A stretch of DNA of 64,000 nt from Candidatus Krumholzibacteriota bacterium (GTDB lineage Bacteria; Krumholzibacteriota; Krumholzibacteriia; JAJRXK01): NCBI GenBank assembly GCA_963764625.1, contig CAVXTH010000009.1, forward strand, positions 640,001-704,000, written 5' to 3'. A program made the position numbers and the translations under genes. Under the pieces are notes generated by a model. It saw nothing but the letters and a program-made list of their open reading frames with translations. It did not search any database and was not told where the DNA came from. This document shows, one piece after another, positions 58,433 through 64,000 of the stretch (positions are counted from its first letter, which is position 1; each line of letters opens with the position of its first letter).

Positions 58433-59451
58433 GAATCGTTTTGGCGCACGACGAGAGAGCCCTCACCGGCCGTCCGGACGAGCGCGACGGGATGGTTCAG
58501 GTCCAGGAGATCGCCGAGACCCTTCTCGATCTCGGCCACGAGGTGACGAGCTTGGCGGCGGGTCTTCCCCTCGAGGCTTTCGAGAAGAAGCTCGTGGCAA
58601 AGGACTGCGACCTGGTGTTCAACCTCGTCGAGTCGCTCGAAGGCGAAGGCCGGCTCATCCATCTGGTTCCCGCCCTCCTGGAGCGGCTGGGGATCGCCTA
58701 CACCGGCGCGCCGTGCGCGGCGATGGTTCTGGCGAGTGAGAAGGTCTGGACGAAACGCCTTCTGAGCGCGAGTGGTCTGCCCACGCCGGCTTGGATGACG
58801 CAAGCAAAGGAGACGCAGGGTTTTATGGCCTGGCCGGGGAAATACATCGTGAAATCGGTGTGGGAGGACGCCTCGCTCGGGCTCGACGACTCCTCCGTCT
58901 TTGAGGCCAGTTCTGCGGGCGAACTCCACGAACAGATTCTGAAGCGCCGCGGCCTTCTCGGTGGCGAGGCTTTCGCCGAAGCATGGGTCGAGGGCCGGGA
59001 ATTCAATCTCGCCCTCCTCGAAGGAGAGGACCAGCAAGGAGAGGTCCTTCCCATGGCCGAGATGTGTTTCGTCGACTATCCCGCCGGCAAGCCCAAGCTT
59101 GTGAGCTACGCCGCGAAATGGGACGAGGACTCCTTCGAGTACGGGCACACGGTGCGCCGATTTCCCAGCGGGGGAAGCGATCGAGAGCTGCTCGCGCGGC
59201 TGGCCGACGCGGCGCGCGCGAGTTGGAGACTCTTTGGGCTGCGCGGCTACGCTCGCGTCGATTTCAGGGTCGACGAGAACGATCGTGAGTGGATACTCGA
59301 AGCGAATCCGAATCCATGCCTTTCCTCCGATGCCGGCTTCATGGCCGCTGCTCAGCAGGCCGGGCTTTCGCGGCCTGAGGTCATCACGAGGATTTTGCAG
59401 GCGGCGCGGGTGAAGGAAAGCCGGAAGCTGGCGCTGCGAACCGGAGCATGA
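58429..59451 (+). CDS. D-Ala-D-Ala-ligase-like ATP-grasp enzyme 2
   Basis: DLVFNLVES, EDASLG, EGREFN, YAAKW, GYARVDFR, LEANPNP; ATGA overlap. Confidence 0.88.
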   Translation: MRIVLAHDERALTGRPDERDGMVQVQEIAETLLDLGHEVTSLAAGLPLEAFEKKLVAKDCDLVFNLVESLEGEGRLIHLVPALLERLGIAYTGAPCAAMVLASEKVWTKRLLSASGLPTPAWMTQAKETQGFMAWPGKYIVKSVWEDASLGLDDSSVFEASSAGELHEQILKRRGLLGGEAFAEAWVEGREFNLALLEGEDQQGEVLPMAEMCFVDYPAGKPKLVSYAAKWDEDSFEYGHTVRRFPSGGSDRELLARLADAARASWRLFGLRGYARVDFRVDENDREWILEANPNPCLSSDAGFMAAAQQAGLSRPEVITRILQAARVKESRKLALRTGA

Positions 59452-59455
59452 CGGA

Positions 59456-61228
59456 ATGTTTCGCATCCGTCGTATTCTCGACGACTCTCTGCCTTTCGAT
59501 CGGCAGGAGATCTCCCGCGTGCAGGAGATCATGCGGGAACGTTTTCCCGGCCTCAGCGAAACCGACGTCGCCGATCTTCCCCGGCGTCTGAACGATCCGG
59601 TCGAGTACAGATTCCGCAGCCTCTTGTTCGTGGCCGACAACGCGCGGGGCAAAGTGCGGGGCTTCGCCATGGTGCTCCACGATCGGGCGAACAACTTCGT
59701 CTTCCTCGATTTCATCGCGACCGATCCCGGGCGGAAGGGCTCGGGCGTCGGGGGCGCCCTTTACGAGCGCGTGCGGGAGGAAGCGCGATCCCTCGGCGTA
59801 CTCGGAGTGTTCTTCGAGTGTCTTCCCGACGATCGAGACGAATGCTCTAGCGAGGAGGAGTACACCCACAACGTGGCGCGTCTGCGCTTCTACGAGAGAT
59901 ACGGGGCTCGGCCCATCATCAATACGAACTACGAGCTCTCCCCGACGAAAGGGGAGAAGGGCATGCCTCATCTCGTTTTCGATGATCTGGGGAACGGCGA
60001 GGCTCTACGCAAGGACGCGACGCGCAAGATCGTCCGGGCCATTCTCGAGAATCGTTACCGTCCTGCCTTCGAGTCCGCCTATGTCGAGGAAGTTGTCGCC
60101 TCCATCGTCGAGGATCCCGTCCAGCTCAGACCGAGACGCTACCGGGCCAAGGTGAAGCAGGGGAGTGAGCGAGCCAAGGTGGCTCTGGCCCCCATTGTCC
60201 TCGTCGTCAACGAGCGCCACGACATCCACCACGTGCGCGATCGCGGGTACGTCGAGGCTCCGGTCCGGATTCGTGTGATCCGTAAGGAACTCGATCTCAG
60301 CGGCCTCTTCCGGGAGGTTGCGCCCCGGCACTTCGCGGAGTCCAACATCCTCGCGGTGCACGATCGCGGGTACGTCGAGTACTTCAAAAGAGTCTGCAAA
60401 GGATTGCCGCCGGGAAAATCGGTCTATCCCTACGTCTTCCCTCTGCGCAATCACGCCCGACCCCCGAAGGAGCTCTCTGTGCGAGCCGGGTACTACTGCA
60501 TGGATACCTTCACCCCGCTCAACTCCAACGCGCTCGTCGCCGCGGTAGGAGGGGTGGACTGCGCGCTGACCGCGGCCGACGCGGTTTTGCACGGGGAGCG
60601 CCTGGCCTACGCCCTCGTACGTCCTCCCGGCCACCACGCGGAACGCTCGGCATTCGGCGGCTTCTGCTACTTCAACAACAACGCAATCGCCGCGAATTTC
60701 CTGAGCTCCCACGGACGAGTGGCCATCCTGGACATCGACTACCACCACGGGAACGGCCAGCAGTCGATCTTCTACGAACGGGATGATGTTCTGACCCTGT
60801 CGATTCACGGCCATCCCCGGTTTGCCTATCCGTACTTTTCGGGCTTCCCGGAGGAAACCGGGGCGAGTAGGGGAGAGGGATACAACTGGAACCTTCCTCT
60901 GTCCGAGAAAGTGGACGGAAGCCGGCACGGAGCGACTCTGGCCAAAGCCCTGGCCAAGATCGCGCAGTTCGAACCAAAGTTTCTCATCGTGGCTCTCGGT
61001 CTGGATACGGCTAAAGGGGATCCGACCGGAACCTGGTCGCTCAACGCTTCGGACTTTCGCGCCAACGGCCGGCGGATCGGCGCCACGCGGCTGCGCACCG
61101 TCGTGATCCAGGAGGGCGGCTACCGGACGCGCACACTCGGGGCGAACGCGCGCGCCTTCTTCGAGGGCCTCGTCGAGGGGTTGGAAGAGACGCCGGCGGG
61201 CCTCTCCGAACAGAGGTCGAAGCGATGA
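59456..61228 (+). CDS. GNAT + histone deacetylase/acetylpolyamine amidohydrolase fusion
   Basis: N-terminal FLDFIATDPGRKGSGVGGALY and RFYERYG; C-terminal RPPGHH, GGFCYFNN, DIDYHHGNG, GLD, QEGGY. Confidence 0.9.
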   Translation: MFRIRRILDDSLPFDRQEISRVQEIMRERFPGLSETDVADLPRRLNDPVEYRFRSLLFVADNARGKVRGFAMVLHDRANNFVFLDFIATDPGRKGSGVGGALYERVREEARSLGVLGVFFECLPDDRDECSSEEEYTHNVARLRFYERYGARPIINTNYELSPTKGEKGMPHLVFDDLGNGEALRKDATRKIVRAILENRYRPAFESAYVEEVVASIVEDPVQLRPRRYRAKVKQGSERAKVALAPIVLVVNERHDIHHVRDRGYVEAPVRIRVIRKELDLSGLFREVAPRHFAESNILAVHDRGYVEYFKRVCKGLPPGKSVYPYVFPLRNHARPPKELSVRAGYYCMDTFTPLNSNALVAAVGGVDCALTAADAVLHGERLAYALVRPPGHHAERSAFGGFCYFNNNAIAANFLSSHGRVAILDIDYHHGNGQQSIFYERDDVLTLSIHGHPRFAYPYFSGFPEETGASRGEGYNWNLPLSEKVDGSRHGATLAKALAKIAQFEPKFLIVALGLDTAKGDPTGTWSLNASDFRANGRRIGATRLRTVVIQEGGYRTRTLGANARAFFEGLVEGLEETPAGLSEQRSKR

Positions 61229-61755
61229 ACGGCCAGGCCCAGCCGCTTCACCCCGCGGGGCTCACGCTGCGCGAGCAGCTCTGGCCGAAGGATGAGGAGA
61301 CGGTGCGCCGCATCGTCGCTTCCAGCGGCTTCTTCAGCAGGGGGGAGATCGTGGTGGCGGAGGAACTGGTGCAGGAGCGCCGGCGGCAGGGCCCCGCCAG
61401 CGGCTACGAGTTTCTCTTCGCCGAACCCGCGGGATCGACGGCCGAGCACCCCCTCACCCTCGCCTATGGCTGCTACGGGGAGATCGCCTGTACCGCGGGA
61501 AGCTATGACCTCTTCTGGATCGCGGTGGACTCAGAGCAGCGCGGGGAGGGGATCGGGAAGTGGCTCCTCTCGGAGATCGAGGCGAAAATTCAGCGAAAAG
61601 GAGGCCGCAGGCTCTACATCGAGACTTCTGGCCGGCCCCAATACGATCCCACCCGGCGCTTCTACCTCTCCTGCGGCTTCACCCTCGCTGCCAGCTTCCC
61701 CGAGTTCTACGGCCCAGAAGACTCCAAAGAGGTCTACTGCAAGAAGCTCGATTGA
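61225..61755 (+). CDS. GNAT family N-acetyltransferase
   Basis: YDLFWIAVDSEQRGEGIG, YIETS, TRRFY...GF; ATGA overlap. Confidence 0.9.
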   Translation: MNGQAQPLHPAGLTLREQLWPKDEETVRRIVASSGFFSRGEIVVAEELVQERRRQGPASGYEFLFAEPAGSTAEHPLTLAYGCYGEIACTAGSYDLFWIAVDSEQRGEGIGKWLLSEIEAKIQRKGGRRLYIETSGRPQYDPTRRFYLSCGFTLAASFPEFYGPEDSKEVYCKKLD

Positions 61756-61969
61756 GGCGCCCTCCACCCCCGGATGCGTCGGCCCAAGCGGGGTGCGCGT
61801 CAGCCCCGGGCCGGAAGCGCAAGTACAGGTATACTAAGTCCTTGACTCCTCTTTTGTGGCCACCCAAATTTGGCCTGGCTCGCAGAGTCATGTGCGGTGG
61901 TCGACGGGTCCGCAGTAGTAGGCACCTCCACCGTGTTTCTTCGTGAATCGAACCTGAGAGGATGATGCC

Positions 61970-63007
61970 ATGAAACGTTTGAACCCCATCTTGCTGGTGA
62001 TCGGGGCGATGACACTGCTCGCGTTCGGCGGGTGCACGGGAGATCAAGGGGAACAGGGACCCGCGGGCCCCGCCGGAACCGCGACCTGTCTGCAGGCCTG
62101 CCATACGGACGACTACCAGATGCAGCAGTACATCGTCGACATTCAGAATGAATATGCCTCGAGCCAGCACGCGCTGGGTACCACGGACGTACGCCGTAGT
62201 GCCCCCTGCTCGGGCTGCCACACCACCGAAGGCTACCAGTACCGCGTGGCCAACAACGGCGCCACGATCGATCTGGAGGAGTCCTCGCACATCGGGTGCT
62301 TCGGGTGTCACGCTCCCCACACGAATGGGGACTTCAGTCTGCGCAAGACGGGCCCAACCGACCTCGAGATGGGCGGCGTGGGTGCCTACGACAAGGGCAA
62401 CAGCAATACCTGCGCGATGTGCCATCAGGCGCGCGCTCCCGAACCGGCCATCGACTCCACCGACGCGATCACCTCGACGCGCTGGGGACCGCACCACGGC
62501 CCGCAGGCCAACGTGCTGTCCGGGAATGGTGCCTATGTGTTTGCCGGGGCGAGCTACAGCGTGAATCACGCCCACAACACCGGCAATCCCGACGGGTGCG
62601 TGACCTGCCACATGGCCCCCCCGCCGGCGGACGGGATGGCGGGCGGTCACTCCTGGTGGATGACCTACGAGTACCACAGCGCCGAGGAGCTCAACAGCAA
62701 TGGTTGCGTCCTCTGCCACGGCACGCAGACGGACATGTTGGCTCTGGTCGAGGACTCACAATCCGCGTTCGCGGCCGATCTCGAAACGCTCGCGACCGGC
62801 ATGGAGACCCTGGGCTGGCTGAACTCCGCTCATGACGCGGTGGTCGCCGCCGGAGTGGGCACGGATGCCAACGCCCGCGGAACGGTGTGGAACTATCTGC
62901 TATTGCTCGACGACACGACGATGGGTGTCCACAATCCGACCTATGCGCGCGCCGTGCTCACGGCCACGCAGAGCTACGTGACCAGCCAACTGCAGCTCAT
63001 GCAGTAG
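61970..63007 (+). CDS. multiheme c-type cytochrome lipoprotein
   Basis: Lipobox FGGC; collagen-like GDQGEQGPAGPAG; CSGCH, CFGCH, CAMCH, CVTCH, CVLCH plus CLQACH; GVHNP. Confidence 0.9.
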   Translation: MKRLNPILLVIGAMTLLAFGGCTGDQGEQGPAGPAGTATCLQACHTDDYQMQQYIVDIQNEYASSQHALGTTDVRRSAPCSGCHTTEGYQYRVANNGATIDLEESSHIGCFGCHAPHTNGDFSLRKTGPTDLEMGGVGAYDKGNSNTCAMCHQARAPEPAIDSTDAITSTRWGPHHGPQANVLSGNGAYVFAGASYSVNHAHNTGNPDGCVTCHMAPPPADGMAGGHSWWMTYEYHSAEELNSNGCVLCHGTQTDMLALVEDSQSAFAADLETLATGMETLGWLNSAHDAVVAAGVGTDANARGTVWNYLLLLDDTTMGVHNPTYARAVLTATQSYVTSQLQLMQ

Positions 63008-63047
63008 AGCATCACCTCTCGGGATACTCGCTTCGAAGCGACGAGAA

Positions 63048-63075
63048 GAGGGGAAGGCCAGCCGGCCTTCCCCTC
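63048..63075. terminator. hairpin between convergent genes
   Basis: GAGGGGAAGGCC-AGCC-GGCCTTCCCCTC, a 12-bp perfect stem with weak U-tails. Confidence 0.65.
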
Positions 63076-63116
63076 GTTCTGTGTGGGCCTTGTGAGCCTG
63101 GAAACCGCACCTGGGA

Positions 63117-63851
63117 TCAGGGCAGGATCGTGGGCTCGAAGCTCTCCAGGTGATACCGCAGGGCGGACATGGTCGGGTACTGCTTCAGGATGAGATCGTG
63201 CCGCAATCCACAGCAGACCTCGCGGATGTCGGGCGGTGTGTCCCGGTAGCCCTTGGCCCCTCCGATCATGTCGTAGAGCACGCGGATCGCCTGCAGGATG
63301 TCGTTTTGCTGCTTGGCGCGACTCGGCCGTCCCCAGTCGTAGAAGTCGATGAGCTTGAGCTGAAAGTCGACTCCCACCTGGCTGATGAGGATGTTCTCCG
63401 AGTGCACGTCGGCGTGATACTCACCCCGATCGTGGACGTCCTCCAGACCCAGGGCCAGACGGTGCAGGATGGTCAACGCGATGAAGGGGCGTAGACGCTT
63501 GCCTCGGTGTCGATCGATCCATTCCTGCAGGGGCTGACCCGGGGAGTAGGCACTGATCATCACGGTGGTCACCAGCTGTCCGATCCGCACGTGCTCGGTG
63601 TGGTAGTACTGCATCACGATTGGACAGTCGCGCAGGGCCTCCAGCTTCTGCGCGCGTCTCGCGGGCATCGTGCCCTTGGGATCGTGATGCGGGAAGAAGA
63701 GCTTGGCGGCCCGTAGAATTCCCGTGCTCTTCTCGCGGACGCGATAGACCTCTCCTTCGCTACCTCCGCCCAGCCGCTGTTCGACTTCGTAGCTGTGCCC
63801 GATGCGGCGGCCCGGTTGCAGGTTGAAACCCCGGATCTGTCCTTTGGTCAT
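63117..63851 (-). CDS. minimal Ser/Thr protein kinase-like protein
   Basis: LGGGSEGEVY, AAKLF, HADVHSENIL, KLIDF. Confidence 0.82.
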   Translation of the reverse strand: MTKGQIRGFNLQPGRRIGHSYEVEQRLGGGSEGEVYRVREKSTGILRAAKLFFPHHDPKGTMPARRAQKLEALRDCPIVMQYYHTEHVRIGQLVTTVMISAYSPGQPLQEWIDRHRGKRLRPFIALTILHRLALGLEDVHDRGEYHADVHSENILISQVGVDFQLKLIDFYDWGRPSRAKQQNDILQAIRVLYDMIGGAKGYRDTPPDIREVCCGLRHDLILKQYPTMSALRYHLESFEPTILP

Positions 63852-64000
63852 TGGCCTTGGCTCCGGGAGGTCGTGGGTGAAGGGCGATAGAGAACGAATG
63901 CGATGTCGTCGGGCTTGCCCGGCCCCTCCACCTCGGGCCGGGTCATGCGCTCGAGGCTGCGCGACAGCAGGGCGTCGGCGGCCTTATCCAGCGGTCCACG
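63848..64000 (-). CDS. C-terminus of a probable PP2C-family phosphatase (partial)
   Basis: Hand translation RGPLDKAADALLSRSLERM...KPDDIAFVLYR...; its TGA overlaps the kinase ATG. Confidence 0.55.
   Translation of the reverse strand, partial: RGPLDKAADALLSRSLERMTRPEVEGPGKPDDIAFVLYRPSPTTSRSQGQ

Noticed and set aside
55854-59451. Pyrrolysine system (amber codon next to radical SAM and ATP-grasp genes)
   Set aside because: The radical SAM enzyme is PLP-dependent KamA-type rather than PylB; no pylS, pylT or pylD seen; the amber-containing frame has another stop about 20 codons upstream.

Overview
High-GC bacterial chromosomal window. The secreted proteins ending in a PNPFNP/FlgD-Ig-like domain and the lipoprotein repertoire suggest an FCB-group lineage such as Krumholzibacteria, Latescibacteria or Eisenbacteria; this is inference. 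From left to right it holds: a partial 8-oxoguanine-deaminase-like gene, a sigma54 promoter, a roughly 385-nt highly structured non-coding segment with its own terminator, and a convergent GAF-AAA+ sigma54 activator; leucine/acyclic-terpene catabolism genes (MCC beta, AtuA-like, enoyl-CoA hydratase, biotin carboxylase, BCCP) with peptidases and transporters; a hipBA module and a run of small accessory genes; an archaeal-type HMG-CoA synthase/thiolase/DUF35 operon; a DUF222-like HNH endonuclease with upstream palindromic repeats; large secreted proteins; a DAK2-DegV fusion; a frameshifted patatin-POTRA-barrel gene; nrdJ with tandem NrdR boxes; pstSCAB with a Pho box; a ClC channel; pyk; a translationally coupled kamA/ATP-grasp/ATP-grasp/GNAT-HDAC/GNAT operon; a multiheme cytochrome; and a PP2C-kinase pair. 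No rRNA, tRNA, CRISPR array or transposase was seen. The best candidates for undescribed biology are the sigma54-driven structured ncRNA with its neighbouring activator (1310-3716) and the beta-amino-acid ligation/acetylation operon (56076-61755). All calls come from reading motifs by eye; no database search or folding program was run.
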